A program made the translations under genes and the position numbers. From positions 185,442,001 to 185,506,000 of the forward strand of contig OX597814.1 in NCBI GenBank assembly GCA_951406725.2: a stretch of 64,000 nt of DNA. Reading direction: 5' to 3'. The notes under the pieces were generated by a model, which saw nothing but the letters and a program-made list of their open reading frames with translations, was not told the origin of the DNA and made no database searches. Positions 1 through 13,689 of the stretch are shown one piece after another (the first letter of the stretch is position 1; the number at the start of each line of letters is the position of its first letter). This DNA comes from Octopus vulgaris (lineage: Eukaryota).

Positions 1-426
1 TACCCAGAATTTCCATTTCTTTGGATGATTCTAAGATCCCTTAATGAGGGATTAACCCCCAAATTTTAGTCATTTTTCATGGACCAAAATTACTGAATGG
101 ATCCTTATGATATTTGAAACTTAGATTTAATGCATAAGAGCATGTAATATGCAGTATATTTGGTTTGAATATGAGGGTAATAGGTAATTGACACAAATCA
201 CTTCTCATGAGGATTCTAAGACTCCCAAATTTTAGTAATTTTTTTATAATCCAAAACAAGGTCAAAAGTACTGACTGGGTCTTTACAAAATTTAGAAATT
301 ATATTCTATGCATAAGGGTAGATGTAATGCAGTATATGTTTGAAAGTGAGGGGGCATAAATGAGGCCATAACCCCAATGAAAATTCATATATTTTTGCTG
401 TTGATGAAATTTTAACCATAGGTATG

Positions 427-518
427 AGACACTTGTCCAAGGTGCCACGCATTGGGACTGAACCCAGAACCATGTGGTTGGTAAGTAAGCTACTTACTGC
501 AAAGCCACTCCTGTGCCT
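427..518 (-). mobile_element. SINE family A, 5' tRNA-like head fragment
   Basis: Reverse complement of GGCACAGGAGTGGCT..GGTAAGTAGC..GGTTCAGTCCC, matching the full copies at 4981, 15008 and 30541; abuts (TA)n. Confidence 0.85.
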
Positions 519-721
519 ATATATATATGTACATATTATTTAATAAACACAATATCTCTTTTTATGAGCTACCAATAGTTTTATGTGATGAAAAACAGCT
601 CAGACAGCATTTTATGACACATCTGGTGCCTTCACTCAATCCTCAGGCTCTGCTGACATGGCATCAATTATATAATCATACACACACTCAAACAAACACA
701 CATCCACACACATGCATAAAA

Positions 722-951
722 CACCATTTGAGCATGGCCATTGCCAGTACCGCTTGACTGGCCCTCGTGCCAGTGGCACATAGAAACACCCACTACACTC
801 TCAGAGTGGTTAGCGTTAGGAAGGGCAACCAGCTGTAGGAACTCTGCCAGATTAGATTGGAGCCTGGTGCAGCCATCTGGTTCACCAGTCCTCAGTCAAA
901 CCATCCAACCCATGCTAGCATGGAAAGCGGACGTTAAACAGTGATGATGAT
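722..951 (+). mobile_element. RTE-clade LINE 3' UTR fragment with (GAT)n tail
   Basis: Ends CCAACCCATGCTAGCATGGAAAGCGGACGTTAAA then GAT repeats; the same 3' UTR follows the RTE ORF end at 55449-55660. Confidence 0.8.
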
Positions 952-958
952 ATATATA

Positions 959-1270
959 TCACCGTGATCACCGTGACCGACCAGGCTATCAGATGTTGCT
1001 ACACATCGCTGGTCACAATGCGCTTCACATTGTTTTAGCCTTCAAATGACGCCACCTCGCTGGCTAAGTGAGCAGGCCAACAGAAGAAAGAGTGAAAGAA
1101 AGTTGTGACGAAAGAGTACAGCAGGGATCGCCACCATCCCCTGCCAGAGCCTCGTGGAGCTTTAGGTGTTTTCCCTCAATAAACACTCATAACGCTTGAT
1201 CTGGGAATCAAAACCGTGATCCTACAACCACAAGTCCGCTGCCTTAACCACTGGGCCATTGTGCCTCCAC
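959..1270 (-). mobile_element. tRNA-derived SINE family C
   Basis: Minus strand begins GTGGAGGCACAATGGCCCAGTGGTTAAGGC (A-box-like) with B-box-like GGTTTTGATTCC; second copy at 49636-49940. Confidence 0.8.
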
Positions 1271-2126
1271 ATATATATATACATACATATACACATATTA
1301 GTAATACTAGTATCCATATTACATGGTCCCTTTTTCTGATTCAGTGTCAGTCATGAGCATCTCCTCACTCCCCACTCAATAATAATGTCCTGTCATTTAA
1401 CTTCATAATCCTTTGATATAATTTCTGGGAGATCTTGTATATACTCTTTGGTCATGTCTTCTCTTGGAGCTTGTTTTCTTCATCTAGTTTTTGCAAAACA
1501 TTCATGCTGATCATCATCATCATTCACATTCTGTCTTCTTTCTTGACTAGTAATTCTCACCTCCCTCCCATATTTGCTTCAGTTTCATTGTTCCTCACAT
1601 AACACCTCATATCTCTATTTCTTACATAAATTTAATTATTTTCCCCCCTGAGTAAATGCTTCTCATCATTTCTGATTCTCCTCTCTTCATTCCTAATTCT
1701 TATATCTTTACTTTGTCCTTTCCCCAACCTTACCCTATATCTTCTCTGATTCTCTTGTGTCAATTCTCACTGCTGCGCTCAATGATCACTGTCTACCATA
1801 ACGCACCAAATTCCATTTCAGTAATAAAATAATTTAAAAAGTATTTAATATTGTATACCCAGTGATACCATCTCGATGACGTACTATCACACTTCTTCTA
1901 TGAAAAGAGTTAACAATGCAGTTATCAATATATAGATAGTTGGAAAAACTCTGCATCTAATATTATTATGCACATTTTACAGAGTAATTTAGAAATACAA
2001 TTATTTATATATAGATAGTTGGAAAACTGTATCCAGGACATACCATTCTACACATTTTGTGAAGGAAGTTAGGAACACTGTCATATATATATATACAGCT
2101 AATAGAATTGATAAATGTTCAATCAT

Positions 2127-2517
2127 ATCATCATCATCTTTGTTTAATGTCTGCTTTCCATGCTAGCATGGGTTGGACGATTTTGACTGAGGGCTGGCGA
2201 ACCAGATGGCTGCACAAGGCTCCAATCTTGATCTGGCAGAGTTTCTACAGCTGGATGCCCTTCCTAATGCCAACCACTCCGGGGCCAGTCAAGCAGTACT
2301 GGCAATGACCTCGCTCGAATCTTTTTACACATGCCACTGGCACAGGTGCCAATAAGGCGACACTGGTAACGATCACACTTGAATGGTGCCCTTTTACATG
2401 CCACCGGCACGGAAGCCAGTTAGCCGCTCTGGCAACAATCACGCTCGGATGGTGCTCTTTGCACCATACTAGCACGGGCAAAAGTGCCAGTAAGGCGATG
2501 CTGGTAACGATCACTTG
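2127..2517 (-). mobile_element. RTE-clade LINE 3' UTR fragment
   Basis: (CAT)n then TTTCCATGCTAGCATGGGTTGGACG..GGATGCCCTTCCTAATGCCAACCACTCC. Confidence 0.75.
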
Positions 2518-2784
2518 CTCAAAGACGCATGCATAAAATTGCCAGGTAGGCAGTGAAAGAGAGAGAAAGTCACACAAACAATACTGGCTCATGCACACAT
2601 ACACATATCCACAATCACACGCATGCAAATGTCAATGGTGCATACAAGTTTAAACATAGTGCCCCCACACACTCGCTCATACACGTATACATTCGCACAA
2701 CTTATTGTCAGAGCTTTGGGTGTGTATGTATGTATGTATGCTACTAGCTTTAATATGAGTGTGAGTGTGTGTATGGGTGCATAT

Positions 2785-2995
2785 ACTCTTTTACTCTTTT
2801 ACCCTTTTACTTGTTTCAGTCATCTGACTGCAGCCATGCTGGAGCACCACCTTTAGGATTTATTCTTTGTAAGCCTAGTACTTATTCTATCGGTCTGTCT
2901 TGCCAAACTGCTAAGTTACGGGGCCGTAAACACACCAGCATCAGTTGTCAAGCGATGTTGGGGGAACAAACATAGACACACAAACATATACACTC

Positions 2996-3056
<61 letters not shown>

Positions 3057-3221
3057 TACGATGGGCTTCTTTCAGTTTCCACCTACCAAATCCACTCACA
3101 AGGCTTTGGTCAGCACGAGGCTATAGTAGCAGACACTTGCCCAAGGTGCCATGCAGTGGGACTGAACCCAGAACCATGTGGTTGGTAAGCAAGCTACTTA
3201 CCACACAGCCACGTCTGCACC
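2785..3221 (-). mobile_element. SINE family A, near full length, with internal (TA)n
   Basis: Head, internal (TA)n, body and (AAAAGAGT)n tail all present in reverse orientation. Confidence 0.9.
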
Positions 3222-3316
3222 TATATGTCAATAGTATTCGTTTCAATCACTGTTTCTCTTTCTTTATTGAGAGTTGATGACACCTGCTTCATGCAAGCAT
3301 GGAAAAAGAACAGTAA

Positions 3317-3500
3317 ATGATGTTGATGATGACGATGATGATGATGATGATGATTATGACGACGACGACGATGATGATGATGATGATGATGACGATGATG
3401 ATGACAGTGATGACAACGATGATGACAATGATGATGATGACAATGACAACGATGATGATGATGATGACAGTGATGGTGATGATGATGATGACGATGATGC
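3317..3500. repeat. (GAT/GAC)n microsatellite
   Basis: Direct reading. Confidence 0.95.
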
Positions 3501-4101
3501 ATTTTTATAATGAAATAACAGGCCAGCTGTTACCAAATTCTTATGCATTGTTCACTCACCCACCTGCAGCATAATGCTTGTCAACTCCCACCAGCTACCA
3601 CTACCACCACCACCACCACCACCAATAACTACCAGCACTAATAAGCCAATAAACAGTGATCTTTCTGCTAAATTAGAACCGCATGTCTCCGGTGCTCCAC
3701 CTCCATCACCTCCTTGCCTTTCATTCCTCTTCCAACCCCACCACTCCCAACTCTACCACCACTACCACCACCACCATTTCCACGTTTTCTACCCTTACCA
3801 CTCTCGCTACCTGTCCATGTCTCACCTGTCTTTGCAAGCCTTTTTCCAGCACCTTTCCCTTTCCAGTCAACAGAGCTCTGGTTTCTGTTGCATTCACCAA
3901 CGTGTGCACGCTATTCATCTGCACACATGCACACGTGTATAATACACACAGATATGCAAGCACTCTCTCTCACACCTGACTAGCCATATTCCAGTGTGCG
4001 GTGGGGCAGGGGAGGAGTTGCGTCTTTGTGTATGTGTTTATGTGTTCCTTTAGATGTCTGTACATACACACAAAATAATATATATATATTATATATATAA
4101 A

Positions 4102-4197
4102 TTAGAGAAAAACCACTATTATGTAATTCAAACAATGATAAACATAAGTCATACCATACAGAAAAAATAAAATATATGATAAAACATTTATCTCGAT

Positions 4198-4200
<3 letters not shown>
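4102..4200. repeat. Unclassified AT-rich interspersed repeat, second copy at about 56030-56130
   Basis: TTAGAGAAAAACCA.TATT.TGTAATTCAAACAATGATA.ACATA shared with the 56030 copy. Confidence 0.7.
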
Positions 4201-4230
<30 letters not shown>

Positions 4231-4299
4231 TCCATGTTTTTGTATTTTGTGTTCTCGTTTTCCATGTTGTTTACATTTTTGATGTCCTGTACCCATATA

Positions 4300-4450
<151 letters not shown>

Positions 4451-4499
4451 ATCTATATTATTATATGAATGCCACACATCCTTTTCCAAGTGAGTTATT

Positions 4500-4531
<32 letters not shown>

Positions 4532-4936
4532 AACACATGTATATACACACATATATATCATTTATTCATTTTATCTACTGTACTGTTTTTCTTTAGTTTA
4601 ACCGTTCTACATAGCAATTTGTCTATTTTTCTATTTATTTATTCATATATCTGTCAGCAATTTAGCTGTCTGTCTATCCATCTATTTACAAACATATGTG
4701 AAGATACAGACACACAGGTGTGCGCATATGTGCGCACACATATATATGTGCATGTGTGCATGCGTATATATATATATGTATGTATATGTATGTGTATGTG
4801 TGTGTATATATGTATGTGTTTTTATATATATATATGTGTGTGTGTGTGTTTCTTTCCTTCTTTCCTGAGCGTCCAATAATACTTTATTTGTTCCACATCC
4901 TTGCGTTGTTGTCTTTTTGTTTTCTTGTTTGGATTA

Positions 4937-4980
<44 letters not shown>

Positions 4981-4982
<2 letters not shown>

Positions 4983-5142
4983 CACAGGAGTGGCTGTGTG
5001 GTAAGTAGCTTGCTTACCAACCATATGGTTCTGGGTTCACTCCTACTGCATGGCACCTTGGGCAAGTGTCTTCTATTATAGCCTCAGGCCAACCAAAGCC
5101 TTGTCAGTGAATTTGGTTGACAGAAACTGAAAGAAGCCCGTC

Positions 5143-5184
<42 letters not shown>

Positions 5185-5400
5185 CTATGTGTATGTTTGT
5201 GTGTCTGTGTTTGTCCCCCCCAACATCACTTGGCAACTGATGCTGGTATGCTTACATCCCCATAACTTAGTGGTTCAGCAAGAGAGACCAAAAGAATAAG
5301 TCCTAAGCTTACAAAGAATAAGTCCTGTGGTCGATTTGCTTGACTAAATGCGGTGCTCCAGCATGACCATAGTCAAATGACTAAAACAAATAAAAGAATA
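4981..5400 (+). mobile_element. SINE family A, full length
   Basis: A-box-like TGGCTGTGTGG, B-box-like GGTTCACTCC, internal (TA)n, tail CCAGCATGACCATAGTCAAATGACT..AAAAGAAT; (TA)n on both sides. Confidence 0.9.
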
Positions 5401-5451
5401 TATATGTATATATATGTTTGTACGGTGCTTATATATATATATGTATATATA

Positions 5452-5537
<86 letters not shown>

Positions 5538-5939
5538 TATACATATATATATATATATACTTGTTTATCTTCCTATGTAAAATTGTATCTGTAGATCTAT
5601 CAGCATAAACTCTATTTATCTTTCTATCTATCAATTTATCTGTCTCTAAATCTAGTTGCCTATTTATTTAGCTGTTTATCTATCAAGCTCTCTATTTATC
5701 TTTTGTCTGACTGTCTGTCTGTCTGTCTTTCAGGCAATTTTCGTTTCAAGATAGGCATCATTACCATATCATCCTACACATACACACACATACACATGCA
5801 CACACATACACATGCACACACATGCAGGCACATGTACAAAGCTGCACACACATGCATGGATGCATACACATGCACACACAAACGTGCAAACATTGTTACA
5901 TTACATACAGAACACCATGACCTTGCAGTATTACATCAC

Positions 5940-6720
5940 TGCTTCCATCACCTCCATCACCATCACCATGGCCACCACTGCTACCACTACCACCGCAACT
6001 GCTGCTTTTGCCACCACCACTACCAGCAACACCAACACATCTACCACAAACAGCACCACTACCTATCACTGCCACCACCACCACCACCACCACTAACACC
6101 AACAACACAACCACCATCACAACTACCACTACCACCACCATTGTCACCACCACCTTGACCATCACTGTCTGCACCACCACAACTACCACCACCACAAATC
6201 AATGCCACCACCACCACCGCCACCATCACCACCACCAACACCACAACAACTACCACCACCATTGTCGCCACCACCAACATCACTACAACCACCACCACCA
6301 CCATCATCACCACCACCACCCATCACTGCCACTTTTGCCACTACCAACACTACTGCCACCACCACCACCACAACCACAACCACCACAACCACAACCACCA
6401 CGACCATTGTCACCACCGCCATGACCATCACTGTCTCCACCACAACAACCACCACACCACAACCACCACCACCACCACCACCACTACCACCACCACCACA
6501 ACCACCACCACCATCACTACCACTGCTAACACAACCCGCCACCAACATATCATTACACCACCACATTTCCTCTTCATCCACCCACCACATCACCTCCCCC
6601 CCATTTACACCACCCACACTACACCACCCCACCCCTACACAGCTACCCCCATACATCGCTACACCTATCTCACCACCACCACCAACAACAACACACCACA
6701 AGCATATTACAAAACCACCA
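5940..6720. repeat. Compound (CAC/CCA)n low-complexity tract
   Basis: Direct reading; source of the poly-Pro/His/Thr pseudo-ORFs. Confidence 0.9.
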
Positions 6721-6981
6721 ACAAATCTGCTATGTTTTCCCCACATCAACACTTACACAATTGCAGACTGAGAATGGAAATGGACCAGTGATGAAAGCTA
6801 GAATTCCACCCCGTTCCTCCACTCCTCCGCTCCTCCTCTTCTCCGCTCCTCCATGCTATCTCGCTACACAAGACCACCGTAAGTGCATCACTGACGGGGA
6901 GCAGTGGGGGGAAACAAAAAATAAAAGAAAACCAGACCTCCCAGACTTCCCCTAACCCCCACCGACATAAGATCTCACCCC

Positions 6982-7050
<69 letters not shown>

Positions 7051-7179
7051 GAAAAGTTGAGAGGCGATATGGTGAATGGTTCTGTGGAAAGAGGTCTTGG
7101 AGGCTGCGTTTTCTATTGGTATCCATGCTGTGATACTATAAACTCCAACGTATTTCACGAGCCATAAGAGAGCTTTTAT

Positions 7180-7189
7180 GCTGTCATCG

Positions 7190-7226
<37 letters not shown>

Positions 7227-7805
7227 TATCATCATTATCATCACTGTTGCTGCCATGATCATCACCATCACCATAACCAGCACTACCGCCACTGCCACCA
7301 TACTCAGCATCTGTTGTCATCATTGTCACTGTTGCAATCCTCCTTCTCCTCCTCCTCCTCATCATCATCATTGTCATCACTGTCACCATCATCATCGTCG
7401 TCATCATCATCATTATCATCACTGTTGCTGCCATCATCACCACCATCACCACCACTACCACCACCACCACCACCACCACCATACTCAGCATCTGTTCTCA
7501 TCATTGTCACTATTGCAATCATCCTCCGTCTCATCCTCTTCTTCCTCCTCCTCCTCGTCCTCCTCCTCATCATCATCATTGTCATTACTGTCACCATCAT
7601 CATCATTATCATCACTGTTGCTGCCATCATCACCACCATCACAACCACTGCCACTACCACCACCATCACAACCACTGCCACTACCACCACCACCATACTC
7701 AACATCTCTTGTCATCGGTGTCACTGTTGCAATCCTCCTCCTTCCTCTCTTCTTCTTCCTCCTCCCCCTCCTCATCCTCCTCCTCCTCCTCATCATCATC
7801 ATCAT
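7180..7805. repeat. Degenerate ~180-215 bp minisatellite built from CAT/CCT/CAC triplets
   Basis: Anchor ACCATACTCA(G/A)CATCT recurs at about 7297, 7478 and 7692. Confidence 0.75.
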
Positions 7806-7860
7806 TTAACATCTGTTTTCATTTCTGGCTAATTGTAGTATTTTATATATAAACTAGAGA

Positions 7861-8215
7861 GGCATAGGAGTGGCTGTGTGGTAAGTAGCCTGCTTACCAA
7901 CCATATGGTTCTGGGTTCAGTCCCACTGCATGGCACCTTGGGCAAGTGTCTTCTACTACAGCCTCAGGCCAACCAAAGCCTTGTGAGTGGATTTGGTAGA
8001 TGGAAACTGAAAGAAGCCCATCGTATATGTGTATATATACATGTATGTGTGTGTATATGTTTGTGTGTCTGTGTTTGTCCCCCTACCCAACATCGCTTGA
8101 CAACCGATGCTGGTGAGCTTACGTCTCCGTAACTTAGTGGTTCGGCCAAAGGAAACCAATGGAATAAGAACTAGGTTGATTTGCTTGACTAAAGGTGGTG
8201 CGCCAGCATGGCCAG
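7861..8215 (+). mobile_element. SINE family A
   Basis: Head, internal microsatellite and partial tail. Confidence 0.85.
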
Positions 8216-8271
8216 AGAGAGTATTATTATAGTAGATTATTATTATTTCTACTGTTATACTTATACATAAA

Positions 8272-8460
8272 GAGGTGAACTGGCAGAATTTTAAGCACAC
8301 TGGAAAAAATGCTCAATGGCATTTGATTTATCTTTACATTCTGAGATTACATTCCACTGAACTCATCTTTACATTTCATCTTTTCAAGGTCTATGAAGTA
8401 AGTACCAGTTGATTACTGGGGGTCGATGTAATCAAATAGACCCCTCCCCTGAAATTTCAG
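8272..8460 (+). mobile_element. SINE family B, decayed
   Basis: GGTGAACTGGCAGAAT..AAGTACCAGTT..ACTGGGGGTCGATGTAATC, homologous to the copy at 31878. Confidence 0.65.
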
Positions 8461-8521
8461 AAGAAAGGATTATTATATTTGTACCTTCCAACCTATGCCA
8501 GCATAGAAAACAGACATTAAA

Positions 8522-8925
8522 CGACGATGATGATGATGGTGGTGGTGGTGGTGATGATGATAATGATGGTGGTGACGATAATGGTGGTGGTGGTGGTGAT
8601 GGTGATAATGATGGTGATGATGATGATGATAGTGGTGGTGATGGTGGTGATGGTGATAATGATGATGGTGGTTGTGATGATGATAATGATGGTGATGATG
8701 GTGGTGGTGGTAGTGGTTATGATAATGACGGTGGTGATGATGATGGTGGTGGTGGTGTTGATGGTGATGATGATAATGATGGTGGTGATGATGATGATAG
8801 TGGTGGTGGTGGTGATAATGATGATGGTGGTTGTGATGATGATAATGATGGTGATGATGATGATGTTGGTGGTGGGGGAGGGGGTGATGATGATGAGGAG
8901 GAGGATGGTGGTGGTGGTGGTGATG
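8522..8925. repeat. (GAT/GGT)n compound microsatellite extending from an RTE tail
   Basis: Directly follows an RTE-like end CCAACCTATGCCAGCATAGAAAACAGACATTAAACGACGATG. Confidence 0.85.
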
Positions 8926-9819
8926 TACACCAATCAAATCAGATAAATCCAATGACAGGAAAGTGATGTTTCAAATCAGTCTTAAAAATGTTTGCATGTT
9001 CATTCATTTTGGCAATGGTGTCCTTCAGGAAGATTTCCAAAGGGTTTTCATCGCTCCTCACCCTAAATTTTAGGGAATGTGCTTTCCCCCTTCTCCCTCC
9101 TCTTCCTGAGCAAATGGTGCTATTTGCATGGTTGAATTAACAGTTTGGTCCCTAACTAAGGATGGTCAAAGTATATTTAAAATATTGTACCTGGAAATCC
9201 TTCAGTGTCATTTCCAATCAAATAATGTAAAAGCCAGTGAAAAAGGTGCTACAGTTATGGTCACTCAGCCTGCTAGAAATAACAACTAAATGTCCCTCAT
9301 ATCATGTCCTATGGTTTTAGAGGAAATAACTGTCCCATGTTGTCTGCACATAGGAAAGAGACTGGATGGTTATGGTTCAGTTCATGATGAATATGGTTCT
9401 ACTCATTCAGAGTTGCCTTGGGATCTAGCAACAACACTACCACCACCACAACCACCACCACCACCACCACCAACACCACCATCACCATCATCACTATCAT
9501 CGCCACCACTTCTGTCTTCTAAGAAGTGAGAAGTGACTGGTTGAGTGAGTGAGTGTGTGTGTGAGTGAGTGAGAGGGAATTAGAGGCTGTGCGATTGCAT
9601 AAATGGATGAGACAGGGGCAGAAAGGAAGGGCTTAAACAATCTACTCTGTCAACCATAGATCTACCCTAAGCTCTATTATGCCCTGGGGACTTGAACAAA
9701 CTTTCCAATCATTTGAACCCACTGGCACCAACCATCACCAAACACCCATGTCTTGTTCTCATTGAAGAATGACTCAATCGATGTGACTTGTGGCTGACTG
9801 CGAAGTTGTTGGCTGATGA

Positions 9820-9870
9820 GACATGGATGTGTTTGCGGATGTATGTGAGTTTTTGTTGGGTGTTTGTATA

Positions 9871-9917
<47 letters not shown>

Positions 9918-10763
9918 TTTTGATATTGTATCTGTGTGTGTTTGTGTGTTTAGGGCATATAACATGTGCATGGGTGAATGCATGAAAGTGTTTGCGGATG
10001 TATGTGAGTTTTTGTTGGGTGTTTGTATATCTATGTGTATGTGTGTGTGTGTGTGTGTGTTTTTGACATGGTATCTGTGTGTGTGTGTGTGCTTTTGACA
10101 TGGTATCTGTGTGTGTGTATGCTTTTGACATGATATCTGTGTGTGTGTTCGTGTGTTTAGGGCATATGCGTATGCATGCGTGAATGTTTGAAAGTGTGTT
10201 GGTGTATGTAAGTGCCAGAATGCATGTCTGCACATGCGTTTCGCAGTGTATGTGTGTGTGCATGAGTGAGTGTATGTATGTGTATTTGTGTGTGTGTGTG
10301 TGTGTGTCCATGTATGTTTCATTGATACAGTATCTATGTCTGTGTGTTTGTGTTTGGGCATATATGTATGTATGTGTGTATATGTGTGTGACAGCATGCA
10401 TGTATGCACATGTGTTTCCTAGTGTATATATGTATCTACATATGTGTGTGTGAATGTATGTGTGTGTATGAATACATAGATATGTTTTTGCATGCATGTA
10501 TGTATATGCACAGACATTAATTTGTATACATATGTATGTATACACATATATACATTAATTTATATGTATATATATTCATATAATTAAACACATATATATG
10601 TATATGCATGTATATATATATATATATGTATATATATGTATATATAAATAGGAAATAGTGGCACAACAAGGTACCAATTTTTGCTGGAAATAGCAGTTGA
10701 TAGCCATTCAACACTAGATAAAGCTTCACTGAATGTATATATGCATGTACACACACATATATA

Positions 10764-10814
<51 letters not shown>

Positions 10815-10930
10815 ACATACATACATACATACATACATACATACATAACATACATACATACATATATATATATGTATGTATGTATGTATGTACACATGTA
10901 CATACATACATATATATATATGTATGTATG

Positions 10931-10977
<47 letters not shown>

Positions 10978-11027
10978 TCAAATGTATATATATATATATA
11001 TATACAGTCAATGTATATATATATATA

Positions 11028-11068
<41 letters not shown>

Positions 11069-11081
11069 TTACCATGTAGCC

Positions 11082-11129
<48 letters not shown>

Positions 11130-11410
11130 CACACACATATATACATAAACACAGACATACATACATACATATATATTGATTATATAAACTCACATATATA
11201 TATATATAAACGTATATTTATATGCATATATATATACATATAAACACATACACATGCACACACACACACACACATATATATATATTGTATTCGTATACTT
11301 GCTCACATGTGTATGGACATATGTAAATATATATGTGTGTGTGTGTACGGGTTCATGTACACATGCGAGCATATGAGTGTATGTGCACGTGTATGCAAGC
11401 CATATGCATG
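9820..11410. repeat. (TG)n/(TA)n/(CATA)n microsatellite field with a ~160 bp local duplication
   Basis: GTGTTTGCGGATGTATGTGAGTTTTTGTTGGGTG at about 9829 and 9988. Confidence 0.9.
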
Positions 11411-12194
11411 TTTGGGGGTGCAGTCAAACAGTGTGCTTGCTGCAGATATATCATAAAAGCAAGTAAGAATGCATTATAAAATGACATGAAGGGTGCGGAG
11501 ATAACTGGGTTGTCTGGGAGTCACGCCGACTGCCATTATCTGTAGTCATCTACTGTCTGTCTGTCCGTCTCTTTACTGCTGTCATTGGTGCTGCAGCCAA
11601 GCCACTGCCACTGCTGCTGCTGAGACTGCTGCTTACATTCCGTCTGTCCAGTCCGCTAACTGATGCCAGCCAACCGGTCAACGGTGAAGCGAAGACAAGC
11701 AAACAGGAACGATCATTCGGTGTGCTTGTGTTGCAGGAACGGAAGAACTGATGCAGATCTAAACACGAGGAGTGCATCAGTGGTATGCTGGTATGCTGCT
11801 CGATGTTGCGATGTGGCGACGTAGCGAAAACGGATCAGACGACAACAAACGCAGTTGCACCGATAATATCAAACAACAACAACAAATGCAACATTGACAA
11901 CAATAATATGAGGAACAGGAAATTCGGTTGCAGCAACCAGAGTGATGATTATATAAATATAAAGTTTTCTAACATAGACACAAGGCTCAAAATATGATTG
12001 GGGTGGAGTGAGGTGAGGAGGTGCAACGAGTCGATTTTGATGCACCCCAGTATGTGACCGGTATTTTTATTTTGAACTCAGGAACATAATGGAAAGAATG
12101 AAAGTCTGCATGTCTGCATGGTATTTTTTTGTGTTTTTTTTTTTTTACTTTTTCTATACTCTGATGTTTCTGCTCATCTTTCTGCTTTAACATG

Positions 12195-12477
12195 CATTGT
12201 CGTCATCATCAAAATCATTGCCACCACCACTATCATCATCATCATCATCTTCATCATCATCATCACCATCGTCATCTTCACCACCATCATCATCATCATT
12301 ATCATCATCGCCACCATCAACATTGTCATCATCACCATCATCATCATCGTCCTCATCCTCCTTAGCACCACCATCATCATTGACATCATCATCATCATCA
12401 CCACTGCCACCACCATCATCATCATTATCATTACCATCGTCATCATGGCCATCATTATCCTTGTCATCATCATCATT

Positions 12478-12512
<35 letters not shown>

Positions 12513-12540
12513 TATCATCATCGTCATCTTCATCATCCTC
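12195..12540. repeat. (CAT)n compound microsatellite
   Basis: Direct reading. Confidence 0.95.
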
Positions 12541-12725
12541 AAATCGAACTGCATTACTTTAGAAGCAGACACATCTGATAATGTTGTTCTGAGTTTCATA
12601 TACAGTGGGGAGGAGACAAAAAACAAATAAGACAGGGTGGCCATGAGGATGGAATGCAAGCCCAGGACTCATTTCGTAAATTTTGTCTTATTGACTCTGG
12701 AAAGATGGAGCCAAAATTTTGACGA

Positions 12726-12905
12726 GGCGCAGGAGTGGCTGTGTGGTAAGTAGCTTTCTTACCAACCACATGGTTCCAGGTTCAGTCCCACTGAGTGACA
12801 CCTTGGGCAAGTCTCTTCTACTATAGCCTCGGGCTGACTAAAGCCTTGTAAGTGGATTTGGTAGACAGAAACTGAAAGAAGCCTGTCACATATATGTATA
12901 TACAT

Positions 12906-12958
<53 letters not shown>

Positions 12959-13480
12959 TCCTTGCCGGTGGCACGTAAAAAGCACCATCCGATCATGGCC
13001 GTTGCCAGCCTCGCTTGGCCCCTGTGCCGGTGGCACGTAAAAAACACCATCTGACCGTGGCCGTTTGCCAGCCCCATCTGGCACGTAAAAAGCACCCACT
13101 ACACTCACGGAGTGGTTGGTGTTAGGAAGGGCATCCAGCCGTAGAAACATTGCCAGATCAGACTGGGCCTGGTGCAACCTTCTGGCTTCCCAGACCCCAG
13201 TTGAACTGTCCAACACATGCTAGCATGGAAAGCAGACGCTAAATGATGATGATGATGATGATCTATGTGTGTGTACATGTCTGTGCTTGTCCCCCAACAT
13301 CACTTGACAACCGATGCTGGTGTGTTTACGTCCCCATAACCTAGCAGTTCTACAAAAGAGGCCGATAGAATAAGTACTAGGCTTACAAAGAAGAAGTCCT
13401 GGAGTCAATTTGATTCGACTAAAGGTGCTGCTCCAGCATGGCCACAGTCAAATGACTGAAACAAGTAAAAGAGTAAAAGA
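12726..13480 (+). mobile_element. SINE family A interrupted in its internal (TA)n by an RTE 3' fragment
   Basis: Head 12726-12888, (TA)n, RTE 12958-13263, SINE body and tail resume at about 13265. Confidence 0.85.
12958..13263 (+). mobile_element. RTE-clade LINE 3' UTR fragment nested in a SINE
   Basis: Repeated GCCGGTGGCACGTAAAAA modules, 3' end ATGCTAGCATGGAAAGC, (GAT)n tail. Confidence 0.85.
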
Positions 13481-13689
13481 ATATGACTCACTTTGCAAGC
13501 CTTGGCTACCACCACCACCACCATCACTACCACATATGCATATACAGCCATTTATACTGATCCCCACCACTCTTCATCTTGAAAGATCCCCTCCGGGAGG
13601 AAAAGCTGCACATGGCCAAATGGACTGGGTAATGTTTGGCTGTTGCCCATTGTATGTACAATGAGTGCATTGACGCTGTCTTCAGGCAT

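Noticed and set aside
4981-5060. tRNA gene calls at SINE heads
   Set aside because: A/B-box-like motifs are present, but no convincing cloverleaf is evident and each head continues into a SINE body
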